Shown in pieces: positions 49,355 to 62,719 of a stretch of DNA of 64,000 nt. The notes under the pieces were generated by a model that saw only the letters and a list, made by a program, of their open reading frames with translations, made no database searches and was not told where the DNA came from. Both the position numbers and the translations under genes were made by a program. The stretch covers positions 55,738,001 to 55,802,000 of the forward strand of contig NC_091470.1 of assembly GCF_036971445.1 (NCBI RefSeq), read 5' to 3'. Origin of the DNA: Narcine bancroftii. Taxonomy: Eukaryota. The first letter of the stretch is position 1; every line of letters begins with the position of its first letter.

Positions 49355-50180
49355 TAGATGGGAGAAAGATTTAAATATACAAATTCAGGAGAAGATTTGG
49401 TCAAATTATGTTCTGAAAGTGTTACGAATACAGTAAATGTTAGATATCAAATGGTTCAATATAATTTTCTTCATCAATTGTATTAAACTCCACATAAGTT
49501 GAATGAACTTAATCCTAATTATTCAATTAAGTGTTTCAATATATGAAAGAAATGGGGACTTTTTGCATTCATTGTGGTCTTGTGAAAAAGTGGAAAGGTT
49601 TTGGAATGAACTGAGTTTATTATTAGGGCAAATTATGAAGATAAAGCTACCAAAGGATCCAAGAATATTTTTACTTGGTGATATTTATGAAAAGGATATA
49701 AAATTGAAATTGGACAAATACCAAGAAAATTTTTTAAGTATTGCAATAGAAACTGCAAAGAAATGTATAACGATATCATGGAAAAGTGATACAGAAGTGT
49801 TATTAAGTAGATGGTATAATAAGATGCAAAATTGTATACCTTTGGAAAAAATTATGTATAGTTTAAGGAATCGAGTTAAAAAAATTATAGTATTTAGAAA
49901 CCATATATGGATTTCATGGATAGTTTTCTGTTCACCTCTTCTATGTTATCCACTCCTCTTAATTAGTAATTTTTAATAACAATTAATGATTATATGTGTA
50001 ATATTATTGTATATTAAATGGTAGGTATATCTTTCTTTTTCTTACTTTTGGGTGGGAGAGAGGATGGGGAGAAAAATATAAAAATTAATTTTTTTGTATC
50101 ACTGGTTATGGATATTTGATTGATGTTTTATTCATTTTTTCCCCTGTAATGATGCAAACAATTAAATAAATTTTAAAATA
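49355..50180 (+). mobile_element. L1-clade LINE 3' fragment
   Basis: GDFLHSLWSCEKVERFW...PKDPRIFLLG...AKKCITISWK...CIPLEKI, paralogous to 6770-7424; A-rich tail. Confidence 0.85.
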
Positions 50181-50789
50181 AAATCTGCCAAAGCCATTCA
50201 TAAAAATGGCAGCACTATCAAGCTGCTGTAAAGGTAGAGTTGCTGGTGTGGATGCAGGAGAACGGGGAGGCATGATCAAACTAACAAAAACCCATTGTAA
50301 ATGGACTGTGCGACAGAAACGACTGATAAATAATTTCTGGAAGTTCGTGTAAATTCAACATTTAAAACCCGATTAATGACCTACAATAAAAGATGTTACA
50401 CATGACAGCTCCCTGATACAAGTCAAAGCTAGAATTGAAAATTTTATTTTTAAATATAAATACATTTTTTTTATATTGGCGCATGATATGTGTTTTAGCT
50501 TTGTGTTAATGTCAACTATCAGCAGAAATGACTCCCAGTATTTTCTAGGGCTTGAAGATTGGTGGGAGGGTAGGGGAGAGAAGTGGTTGAAATGATGCCA
50601 TTGTAAAGGGATGAAGTTTAAAAAAAAGGAAATTTAAAAACAAAATCAAATGACTTAATGATTTTTTTAAAATCAGGAAATGTACATTTAATTCTGAAAT
50701 GTGAATTTAAAACTTTTTATTGAGGGCATTCAATGAGAAAGATAATACTCCAAAAATGATGTTGATAATGGTACAGAAAACTGCTGAGG

Positions 50790-51270
50790 CAGCTCCTGGA
50801 GTACTGTGTACAGTTCTGGTCTCCTGACTTGAAAAAGGTACACTGGCTTTGGAGGCAGTGCAGAGCAGGTTCACCAAGATGATTCCAGAACTTAAAGGGT
50901 TAGCTTGTGAGCAGAGATTAAATAGCCTGGGACTTTTCTCATTGGAGTTTAGAAGAATGAGACATAAAATTTTGAAAAAAATGTTAAGATAGAAGCAGGG
51001 AGATTATTTCCTCTGGCAAGTGATACTGGAACCCAAGGATATAGCCTCTAGATTCAGGGGAGTAGATTTAAGACATGGAGGAAATGTTTGTCCTAGAGAG
51101 TAGAATATCTGTAGAATTACCTGCCCAAGAAATTAGTAAAGGTCATCTCTTTAACAGTATTTAACACATAAATGCATTTTGGAGGAATTAGGAGCTGAGT
51201 CCACGACCAGATCAGCCATGACATAGCATGCTAGATGACTAGAAGGCCTACTCCTGCTACTAATTCTTGT
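50790..51270 (+). mobile_element. CR1 LINE 3' fragment
   Basis: 'ctggagtactgtgtacagttctggtctcc...ggaggcagtgcagagcaggttcacc'; tail 'gaaggcctactcctgc'. Confidence 0.75.
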
Positions 51271-51729
51271 GTATCAAGGTGATTGGTATAAAAGAACATG
51301 GGGAAATTTTAAGGAATAACTGGTTTGAGCTTGGAGTTACCTGTTTTAGAAAGGTAGACAGTTTTTTTAATAGTCACTTAGAAAGGGAAATGGCATGTTT
51401 TAGGTAATGTGAAAGTAGTGGAGAAAGCAGAAGTAATTCTTTGAAAGAGTCCAACAAAGTGCTGTGCTCTCGTAGATAAATTAGAAAATCTGTTCTGGTA
51501 CAGTACACAAAAATGCTCAAGAAACTCAGCAGATCATACATTCTGGGCCTGAGCCCTTCTTCAGGAGCAGATCCAATCTTTTGACCTCTTCAGTAAGACC
51601 CTCAATGTATTGATTAAAGATGCTCTCTTAGGCACACTACATGTTCTGCTCCATCTAAGTCCTTTGTTCAATGGGTGCCCAGTTAATATAAAGGGAGTTA
51701 AAAATATATCAGTAATATTACCCTATTAT

Positions 51730-52500
51730 TCAGATCAGATACTATTTATTGTTGTAATAAAACAGAAATATATTACACAAAATTGCATTTAGTCTGCTAT
51801 AAGGGAGGCAAAGATCGTCCATTAGCTTTGCCCAGACCTCCTTCCAGTCAGAGAAAGAGAAGTCCCCTCAATCACAGACTGTACGTGGATTCACCTCCAG
51901 CATTCCCGCAGCCTCTGCAGCAGCACAAGACTCCAGTTCAAACCATTGGCAATCCGAGCCCAGATCCAAACCTCTGACAATGAGCACCCAGGGCCCTTCG
52001 GGAGCCCTTCTTGTCCTCGGCATGCTCTTGAATCTCAGTTCCGATACCTGGTTCTCATGAGCCAGTCTCCAATAGCCAGTAGCCTGGTGTGAGTCTTTTG
52101 ACCTCAAGTCACCAGCAACCCGCAGTCTGTGTGGGTTCCTTGCCTGCAAGTTGCCAACAACTCACTGCCTGTGAATGTCCTTCAACCGAAGAACCTTCAC
52201 TGGCCCGCCACCATGGTCATCATCCTCTGTTTCTTCTCAACAGGGAGTTTTATCCCCATTACTGGTGCCCTGAGCTATTCTGTTGCTCCCCTGGAGTCTG
52301 CAATCATTGTGGTCGCGACAGTACAAAGGCGCCACCATCTTGGTCCCAGACTCTGCAGTTGTAGGATTTTAAATAAAACTCTGACTCTTTAATAAGCTAT
52401 TTAAAGCCTGTACGGAGCCATAGGCAGTTGGACTGGGCAGTAGAACTCAGCGGGATAGCGCTGTGCCTCCATTCCTCCATTTTGTTTTACAGCTATGCAA
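51730..52500 (-). repeat. Unclassified interspersed repeat (same family as 24790-25575)
   Basis: Minus-strand AATAAA with a (TCTGA)n-like tail at about 51730-51750; shared internal blocks. Confidence 0.55.
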
Positions 52501-52757
52501 TTTTGCTATACATATGCTCCCTCCAATTCTCATTGACTAAAGAGGAGCCTATATCACGACTCCAATAAAGTGTTTGCACCCTTGTTTCTGTTTAATCCAT
52601 ATAGCTTCCCTTCACCTTTATTTTGTGCTGCTAACAACAGACCATGGGAAGCAATCATTCAGAATCTCTCTTGTGTATTGAATGCAAGTACTCTGCAAAA
52701 CTTAATCCATTTCTCCAGTGTATACACCACGTAGTCAGTATCTCTGACCACCCTTAA

Positions 52758-52985
52758 TCATGGTGTGCACGGTTGACGTAGCAGTTAACTTAATGCCTTT
52801 ACAGCACCAGCGATCAGGACTGGGGTTCGAATCCCACGCTGAATGTAAGGATTTTGTACACTCTACCCATGTCTGCGTGGGTTTTTCCTCAGGGTCTGGT
52901 TTCCTCCCACCATTCGAAACATTCTGTGGGCGTAGGTTAATTGGGTGTAAATTGGGCAACACGGACTCATGGGCTGAAATATCAG
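52758..52985 (+). mobile_element. tRNA-derived SINE (HE1/V-SINE-like)
   Basis: A-box-like 'ggttgacgtagcagtta' and B-box GGTTCGAATCC at about 52824. Confidence 0.8.
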
Positions 52986-55689
52986 TCTAAATATTAAAAA
53001 TTTATAATTTAATCCTACCAAGGACTTGCTTCACTTCAGAAAACCACTTTACTCTTCTAGAAACCTGAACTATTCTTTACTCTCCCAAAATAAAGATAAA
53101 TGCAAATGAGCATTCCATTTAACTTGTATGCTTAATCCTTCAAAAAGATTTCTTCATTATTTTTCCTTTCCATTTCTCCACTCATGCCGCCAATGCTTAA
53201 CGGTTAGTATTGAAGGTTTTACATATGTTGAAGATCAGTTTACATTTTTAATCACATGTAGTCACTGTCTCATGGGTCATCTCCTCTGATGGGGGGTTTG
53301 TCTCCCCATTTTCTGGTGTGCTGTGCCAGTTCTCCACTTCCCTGAAATCTGCAACCCCTTGTGGCTGCTTCTGATCATAGGTATTGCCATCTTGTGCACA
53401 GATCCCACAGTCATGGGATTTTAAATAAAACTACCGTCGGCTCCTTTAATGGGCTATTCAAGGCCTTTATGGAACTGACAGCAGTTGAACTGGTTGATTG
53501 GACCCTGCGGGAGCACTGTGACTCCACGACTTCACTATCTGTTTTCCATGAGTCTGCACCAGCGGCAATGCTGCCATTACAGCAGCTTCGGCAGCACCCC
53601 CGAGCTTTGAAAAGCAAGGTGTCCCTACTTTTCTGAAACTTGACCACAGTCTCCAGCAGCCTTAATATAGATGTTTCTTGAGCTGGCTAGCACTTCAATC
53701 CATACTCTCTCATTTCCTTGCCAACATTGAAATAAAATACATACCAGGAGTACTCCACAGGTCAAGCTATACATATCTATGGAGTGAAAAACAGTGAATA
53801 TTTCAGGCCTATCACTTTTCATCAGGAAAATGGGTAAAGCTGAACACATCCATGCCTTAAATTACAGAGAAGTGAAGATAACAAGTGGAATGTGATGGAG
53901 TGGAGATTAAATCAAAGCTTAATAAAGGTGGTGATCCCAGTTGAGATGAAGGACATCAGGTAATAGCAGATGATCTCTCTAAAGAAGATGTAAAAGGAGA
54001 GATAGAAATGAGGAGAGGAAAAAAAGGTGCCAGAACAAGTGGGGTTGTGACTGGGGAAATGGATCAGTTCATGATTAAATGGCAGGGAAGGAATGTTGAT
54101 GGGCTGAATAGTCTATTTCTACTCCAATGTCTTAAGGTCTTCACAATTAAATACAGAACATTGCATTTGTTTAATCCATGAGCTATACATGAGTGCTTGA
54201 AATACCTAGAAGATCTGGCAGCATCTGTTGAAAGAGGAAATAGAATATTAAACATTACAGGTTGATATACTTTAATCATAACTGACCAGTCTGTTACTAA
54301 TTGGAAAGGCAAATCATATGCTAGCCTCATCTGCAAGGGTATGTTATCAGCAAGGTTGTTTTATGGTCTATATTAAAACTGTGGACTATATTAACTTTTT
54401 TGTGGTCCAGGTTGACAACCAATATATTAATCAACTAATTAAAATCTTCAAATTAATTAATTAGATGGGTTGCTTAATTAATTAAATATGAGGATTATCA
54501 GTTGATCAAGGATTTTCTCTGAGAATTTTGGTTTTTCAGCATCTGTCTTGGTGAGTTTGTTTGATTCAAATTCCCTTGACCAATTCAATATATTACAGAT
54601 TTCATATTTATTGTCGGAGTACATGACATCACGACCCTAGGATTCTTTTTCCTGTGGTGATTCAAAAAAAAAAGCTGTACTCAATAAACAGTATACATGT
54701 AAACAAATAAAGAAACTGAGAGAGAAAAAAAAATCAATGAAGTGCAAAAGTAAGAGACCCTGATTGAGTTTGTTGTTGAGGAGTCTGATGGTGGAGGGGT
54801 AGCAGCTGTTCCTGAACCTGGTGGTGTGAGACTTGGAATAAAACTGTAATGGTGGCCATAAAGCTACTAGACTACCAATGTAATCATCTGGTTCATCATT
54901 GTCTATTTGTGAAAGAAACCAGGACTGTTTTACTCCAGAACTTCACTGATGTGAATATCTAATTGCTCCAAAGATGCCATCGTGGTTCAACAATTGAAGG
55001 TCAGTAATATGCACTGGTCTGAGTAGTGATGCCAACATCCTGTGTATTAATTGGAATATTAAGATATAAAATCAGACGGTAATTGGGGCAAGACCATTCA
55101 TGCATGTAATTCTTCAGTGTGTGATCATAACTCAAGTTAGAACTAGATGAAATTATATATGATTGAATCATCGATTTTTCTTCACTGTACACTAATTACC
55201 TAAAAAATGACAAGCAGAGAATAGAATCTCATTCACAATAAGTTTTCACACAATTTAGGATGAAAATTTACAATACAATCAGCCTATTCATGGGTCATCC
55301 TAATTTGACAAACCTGCCAGATAAAAATACTACCCTCTTTATTTTCTGAAACAATCTGGCGAGTCCATTTATTTACTTTCATACATTTTGGTTTTTCAGT
55401 TATTTTGCTATGAGATCTTTTCTTTAAAAATCCCTTGCTCATGACATTGCACTGTCTGGTCCTTTCACATCTGAGATAGATCATTAGGTTTCCAACATTG
55501 TCAATATTTTAATCTTTTTATATTTAATAGGTTAGCTTCATTTGATAGCTAATCCTCCTAATTCTTACGACTATATGGAAATTGATTAAGACAAGCAAAA
55601 TTTGGTTGCCTTTTATATGTTCTCTTTGGGCAGGTCAGTATTAAAACAAAATTATATAACCAATTTATTTTGAGAATGCTCATTTTTTA

Positions 55690-55905
55690 GTTTAGACATA
55701 CAACATGGTTACAGGCCATTTCGGCCCATGAGTCCATGAATTAATCTACACCCCCAGTATGTTTCGAATGGTGGGAGGAAACCGGAGTCCCTGGGGAAAA
55801 CCCATGCAGACGTGGGGCGAATGTACCAATTCCTTATAGACGCCGTAGCATTCAAATCCTGGTCCTGATTGCAGGTTATGCCAACTGTGCCATCCAACCG
55901 TGCTT
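55690..55905 (-). mobile_element. tRNA-derived SINE
   Basis: Close paralog of 28290-28537. Confidence 0.75.
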
Positions 55906-56263
55906 CACAGTTTAATAAAATGCAACATAAAAACTATATGGGAAATATTTTTGCCAGTTGGATAATATATGGTGGTTTGTAATTTAAAAAGGCTTATTCA
56001 TGGTTCCATGTGGCAATTTAGACAAACTATTACTGCTTAGTTTATGATTGTAAACATTCCCAAAACAACTCCTTTCATTTGTTAGGCTATGTATAGAAGC
56101 AAAAATTGAAAATACAGGACACATTAAGCAGGCCAGGTGGATCTGTGTAAGAGGAAATGGAGTTAATATTTATGATTGAAGAACCTTCATTGGAACTGAG
56201 AAAGTGAGAAAACAACTTATGTTGCAAAAAGAGTGGAGAGAAATGGAAAGAACAAAGGGAATA

Positions 56264-56493
56264 CAGACAAACCCTTTGTATCCGTCAAACCCTTTGTATC
56301 CGAAATTCAAGCAACCAGCAACCTCAAGCAAATGGCAAAAAAACGTAAAGAAAATAAAGAAGTAAAAAATATGAACATTTAAAACTGGTGCACCTCGCCG
56401 TTAATTCATCAATTCATGCAACCAAGCAATCTCAAGCAAATGAAAAGCACATTTACCAATCCCCATATGTGCCAGATACCAGGGGTTTTACTG
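56264..56493. mobile_element. Tc1/mariner-type MITE
   Basis: TA-flanked CAGACAAACCC / GGGGTTTTACTG; inverted relative of 27977-28217; internal 17-bp tandem duplication caaaccctttgtatccg. Confidence 0.7.
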
Positions 56494-56734
56494 TATTTGT
56501 GATGGGTGAGGCCAGGAATCCCCTGATTATCACATTGTTTTTCTAATGGAATAGCCCTATAAATGCTTTTGGAATCAATTTCAGTCCTTTTTCTGCACAG
56601 TTTGTTCAAAGGATATTGTGTTTGTTACACATGATTTATGATCTCAATTTATACTTAAAAACACGATTATCCATGTTTAATTGAATCTTTAACCAGAGCA
56701 ATATACATGCTGCTTTGTAATATTCTCCCAGCCT

Positions 56735-58560
56735 AATGCTGGAAAAGTTTAGCAGGTCAGTCAGCATCTCTGGAAAGAGAAATGCTGTTCAAGCTTCAGA
56801 ATGACTGTCTGTCAGGACTTGTGAAATTAGTTTTAAGTTGTCAATTTCAGGTGTGAGTTGGAGTGGGGAGGAAGGACCCCACATGTTGGGGACAGGGCCA
56901 TTAGCATAGATAGGACAAAGGAAATTCCACTGAAGTCATTTAGATGATAATACAAGTCATGAATATAGGAAATGTCCAGCAGATGATGCATTGGCCATGA
57001 AGAAAGAAGAATTGAGTTGATATCATTGATATTATTTCTGATAGAGACAAAGCAAAATATCTGAAATAGTACTCTTCAGTAATGAGTCTGGATAGCTGCA
57101 CCATGCCCAAATTGAAGATTAAATGTGATTCTATTGGACCTCATTAGCATTGTGAAGGATGCCAGAAGGATCAGAGAGGGAATGGATTGGAGAATTAAAG
57201 TGACAAGTAGCTGGAAGATTAGTATTAAGTCTGCAGGCTGAACGTAGGTACAAACCCATGATGCCTTGATGAAGGACTCAAGCCCGAAATGTTGGTTATG
57301 TATCTTTATCTTTGTTATATAAAGGACCCTGTTTGACCTGCTGAGTTTCTCCAGGATTGTTTTTCACTTCATCCATGCAGACTTTTGTGTTTTACTTTAG
57401 GCTGAACATAGGTGTCCTGCAAAGTGGGCACCCTATCTCTGTTTGCATCCTCCAAAGTAAAGGAGACCAGTTCATGAACACTGAATCTGGCACACTAAAC
57501 TGGAAGAAGTGCAAGTGAATCAATGTTTCACCTGAACGAACTGTGATGACCACCTTCATGTGTGGCTGCATCAGACTTTGTATAGAACCAAAATATGAGG
57601 GCACTAAGTGCTGCTGTGTACTGAGGATCTACCTGTCCCAGGTGTTGCAAAGAATAGGCTGGCCTCATTGCCATGCAATGTTCCAGTCAGCTGGACTTTG
57701 CCACACCACCTATGGAAAAGTTTTTCCAGAACAACACCTATGTCCATCAGACAATCATCAGCATGGAAAATCCTTCAGAAAGTGAGAGACGAGAACTTGA
57801 TGGATCTGGTGGGGTGGTTCCCTGAGCAGTCTGTCCAGGTCATCTGGCAGAAGGGCTCACAAATAAGCACCAGGACTTGGCCTAGCTGGTGTTGAGAGGA
57901 GCCCTCCCAGTCAGATCCTTCTTGTACAACTGGAACATCATTCACTGCACATGTTGTCCTCAAGATGATTGTGGTGGAGTGGAGACTGTCGCCCATCTCT
58001 TTGCAGATTCATAAAGAGTGAATGGAAAGGATGTAAGGGTCCTTGGCACATTTCATCCTCCTTTGATTGATTATGCCAAGAGAAGTGGTGTGTTTGGAGA
58101 GATGGAAGAGTAGAGTAGGGAGTTGCAAAAGGAATGGTCTCTGGAAGCAGAAAGTGGTGGAAATTGTGAGGGGTGATTCATTGAATGCTGAGGCTGGTGT
58201 AGAGGAAAATGTGGGCCAGAGAAACACAGACTGTGCTCTGTACAAGAGGAGGGGATGAGAGCAGAGATACAGAAAATACATGATCAAAAGCTGTGTCAGC
58301 TAAGTTAAAGAGGAAGTCATGTGTAAGAAAGATAACTTGCGTGGAAAGTCTCGTCATCAAAGCTTGTGCAGTATTCAGAGGAATTTGCAAAATAGAATGG
58401 AATTCTTGCAGGAGGGAGGGTAGGATGAATTATTTTTAGGTTAGCTGTGGGATCTGTGGGTTTGGAAAGGATGCCAGACTTTTGAGACAGAGACAAATTC
58501 ACAAAGGGAAAGTAAGTGAAGATGAGAGCAAGGTGGAAATTCACAGACAAATTGATATTT
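56735..58560 (-). mobile_element. Penelope-like retroelement remnant (RT C-terminus and GIY-YIG), interrupted by a Tx1-like fragment (+, about 57550-58010)
   Basis: SKPTDP...HPTLP...IPF (family pattern YKPTD..YL...SSHP..IP.SQ); frameshifted GIY-YIG region at 57400-57545; insert reads VRSFLY...CPQDDCGGVETVAHLFAD. Confidence 0.6.
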
Positions 58561-58569
58561 TTTGAATGT

Positions 58570-59790
58570 AAGTGTATGTTGCCTGGCCCTCCTGTCTTAT
58601 GTGGGTTCAATTTGGATATTATTCTCCTCACCTTGGCCGTGGCTACACAAGAGACCTCTTCTTCGTGGGAAAACAGAGCGTTCTTTGGCGTCAGCTTGTT
58701 CTTCTCATCGAATAAAGCATAGAAGATGTTCAGTCTGTCCGGAAGGGAGGTGTCATTGTCATTAACTCACAAGGTTCTCTGTTATTGTCTTGATACTCAT
58801 GTTACCACATGAGCCTCATGTTGCCAATGCCACTCAACTGCTTATGGATCTTCTGTGCATCTTCTGGGTTGCATGGGAGAGATCAGCACAGGCTGATCTT
58901 AGTGCCAACTTGTCTCCAGTTCTGAAGGCTTCATCTTGAGCATTTAGAATTGCACAGAACTCTGCGTCCAACCATGGCTACTGGTTTGGCCTGGTAATGT
59001 GGCATTTATTCTCCATGAGATCCTCAATACATTTAATAGAATGGACAGTCACTGAGCTCGTGTATTCATTGTAGGTGACTGCCTCCCTGCAACGGCTCCA
59101 GTCTGTGTTCTCAAAGTTATCCTGTATTACTGTTGTGGCACTCCTCCCCCAACCCTGCACCACACTTCTCCCCACCCCTACCCTTGACCAGGTCATTAAC
59201 TATGTTCATTTTCCCAGCAAGTCTGTATGCCAGGGTTATCGGACAGATACGTGTTATCATTGTATCCAATGTTGGGGTGATGGGCAGCCACATACGCACC
59301 AGACTCGTTGGTGATCTCTCCTCTGCTAGTGAAGTTGGCATGCTATTAAAACCGTAGAAGAACAGTTGATGTGGTTGAAGTCGCCAGTGGCAATCATGCA
59401 ACCATCAGGGTGGGACGTCCAGGCTTCGCAGATGGCATCATAAGCTCCTTCATTGCTTCACCCTCAGTTGCAGAAGGCAGAATGTAAATTGTGGTATTCA
59501 GTATGGTCATGAATTCCCTGGGCAGGCAGAAGGGTCTGCATTTCACCATCTATCTCTGCTGAGCAGAAGGCCTTTACAATAGAGACATTGATAGAAATGC
59601 ACAGTCACCCTCCTTGAGTCTTGATCGAAGCAGAAGCATCTCTATCTGCCCTGAAAGAGATAAGGCCATCCAGATTGAGCGCTGTCTGGAATGGAGTCCT
59701 GAAGCTATACTTAGCATAAAACAGCAGCCTTGCAGTTCTTTCTGGTTCAGATGCAGCCTTGGGTAATTCGAGCTATCTTATATTTGCAAG
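58570..59790 (-). mobile_element. Rex1/Babar LINE, endonuclease to RT-start segment (inverted)
   Basis: FRADRD, GDFNH, NFENTDW, PNQ*PW, LPDRLNIFYALFD and VRRIISKLNPHKTGGPGNI, read right to left. Confidence 0.75.
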
Positions 59791-59829
59791 TGAGGTCTGA
59801 AGGGGTTAACTCTCAGTCTAACCCCGATG

Positions 59830-60647
59830 CCAGTCCTCATACGCCAGACTGCTATTCATTAACTTCAGTTCGGTGTTTAATACAATGATAACACAGAAGC
59901 TGGTACTCAGCAGACCTCTCTGTAACTGGATTCTGGATTTCCTAACGGAAAGACCACAGTCTGTCCTGGTTGGCAGCAGAACGTCAAGCACCATCACACT
60001 AACCACTAGCACTCTCAGGCCTATCTTGGACACCCAAAACCTTCTCACTTGTCAGGAAGGTGCGAAAGTGACTGCACTTCTTTAGAAGGCATATATGGGT
60101 AAGGCTATAGACCTCCATTCTGTTAACTTTTTTACAGGAGCTCCATCAAGAATGCCCTGGATGGCTGCATCACAGTGGGTTATGGTTGAGGGGCATTGGA
60201 TTTGAGGTCAATGAACAGGGCCATAAAAGCAGCAGGGAGGATCAGTGGAGTCTCTCTCCCCTCCATCTATGTGATTTACTGGGATTGTTGTCGAAAGAGG
60301 GTTTTAAAATCAGGGAGGACCCCTATCCCATTATGCACACAGTATCTTCCAACTACTCCCGTCAGGAAAAAGATATAGAAGTATCTTTGCCAAAACCACC
60401 AGGCTGAGGAACAGCTTCTTCCCATGGGCAGTGAGAATGCTGAATTACTGCTAAAACAACTCTCCATGACTCTACTATTTAATAGTAATATTTATTTTAA
60501 TATCTGTACATATGTACTTTATATATATTTCATTTGTCTGTATTAATGATATGTCTTGATGATGTTTTTCACTGTTCTGCACTGTGGACTGGAGACACTG
60601 AATCATCAGGTTGTACTGGTATAATCGGATGACAAATGAACTTGAAC
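59830..60647 (+). mobile_element. Rex1/Babar LINE, RT-to-3'-end segment
   Basis: [17 protein letters not shown]...[16 protein letters not shown]; tail 'gacaaatgaacttgaac'. Confidence 0.8.
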
Positions 60648-62719
60648 ATCTTTTCAGTTAACCTGAAGTAATTACATAGTAATCGGTTTTGGAAAATGTC
60701 CCAATCTATTTACTTGTTATAGGAAATCATTGTTCCATTTGGATAGCACGGGTTAATGCTTAAAAATGTTTCAACAAGCTTGGTATTCATTCAAAGAAAA
60801 TATTTGTGGCTCTACGTGGATAACGTAAAGTCCAAGAAAAATATGTTTCCATCATACAATTCCAGATTTTCTTCCAGCAGAAGGAATTTATTAAATTCCA
60901 AATGATCTTCACACTTAGATCTCAATAGTGTGAAGTGTGAGGAAGTGGAAGAATGGCAAGATTGGAATAACACATTGGGATTGATATGAATCCTTGAAAT
61001 ATTTAGTAACATTTCAACCATTTACCATTTCTTCTCTTATCAAGCAAGCCTGTGTTTGTGCCATTATTGGCCTTAAGCCAAATGAGGGCTTCCAGTATTC
61101 CCTTCATTTGCTGTGCTTCTGAGTGGAATGATGAATTCCACTAAAGTAAAAATGTTCATAGAATTGTACAAAGCTCAACATTTCCAACCTCCTAAAACAA
61201 TTCCACACGTGCTCACATTCAATGTTTTTATCAGCTATCTCCTTTGGACTTTATCACAAGGAGAATGGAGATACATTTTATTAGCCCTGGCATAACTAAT
61301 TAAGTTTACATTTAGAAGATTGCAAGGAAATTATGTGTTGAAATTTTTTTTAAATACATTGTAATTTTTAAAAATTAAATATTAAGTTTACATCAAATAG
61401 CAGCAATGTTTTTGCACAAATCATTGTCCAGAAGGATAAATTTCAACCATCTAAAATTATTCTCTTTCTGTGATTTGAATTATTATCCACACAAAATCTA
61501 ATTCTATTTATTTGTTTTTGCCACAATGAAGGATAGATGAGTGTTCTTGACAGAAATCTATTTGTCAGCCTGTTCATTTGTGACCCTGAGCAATAAATCT
61601 AAAAGGAATAGGGACTAATACCAGTCACTATCTAGTACATTTATCACTATTCTCCTCACAACCACTTGCAAAAAAAAATGTGACCTTTTGGAATGCTAAT
61701 CCTTCAGGAAAATCAAGGAAAGAATTAGACAAGATATTACCTTTATTTCACCATTTCACAATTGCTTTGTTCACATTTTAATTTGCTAATCTTCCATCTT
61801 TCTTCCCTCATAAGGTTCCATGGTGTGTTCTGTCTGTTGGGGCACCAGATGGCATGAATTGTGTTCTTTTCTATATCTGAATTCACGGATCATCATTAAA
61901 AATTATAATTCAGCTGGTGACTAGCCATTAAGACAAACCAGTGTGCTCTTTAACAGCAGCCCCTGTGTCACACATCCAGCTTGTCACTTTGGAGGAATTG
62001 CCTGCAATTGAATCTTGTTCCAAAGATTATCAATTTATCATTTGAAAAATGATTTAACCTCACTGACAAAATTAATTTCCCATTCTTGGTTGCCCAGCAA
62101 AGATTTTGGTGAACTGTCTGCTTGACTCATTTTGTGATAGTTCTTCCACAGAGGCATGAATTGGAGAGTCCCAGGATTTTGTTCCAATCATAGTAAAGAG
62201 GCTTTCATTGATTTGTCCAAGACTAGTGTGTGACTTGATTGAAAAGTTGTGTGTGGCTTTTCTTATACTGAACATGTTTTTGATATTCTCAGAAATAATG
62301 AAGATAACTATCAATGAAAAGATCAGCAAATTGTATTTATTACATCTGCAATGCACTGATCCTCAATCAGTCAAAGTTCTGTTCCTTGGCAAGGTTACCT
62401 GTTATGTCTCTGTGTTAATTGGGAGGTTTTTTAAATAACTTAGAGATGCAAGGTTCAAATAACAAAAGAGACTTTACTGACTGATGCCTTCCATCATCTC
62501 AGGAAACTGTTCACACACTCATATACATACACCCCACACTGGTGCACTACAGTCACTACAGTGAGAAGGGTGTATTCTTATGCAGTTACAAAATAGTTCA
62601 CATGATCTTGACTATATAACATTACCAATTAAACAGATTATATTGCTGAGGATACTGCAGTGAGATGTAGCTGCACCTGACCATATAGGTTATGAGTATT
62701 TCTTCACATCCTGATTGCT

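Noticed and set aside
52758-52840. tRNA-like A/B boxes
   Set aside because: Head of a multi-copy SINE; it does not form a full cloverleaf, so it is not called as a tRNA gene.
60812-61021. 69-aa minus-strand ORF as a possible exon
   Set aside because: No recognisable homology and no partner exons.
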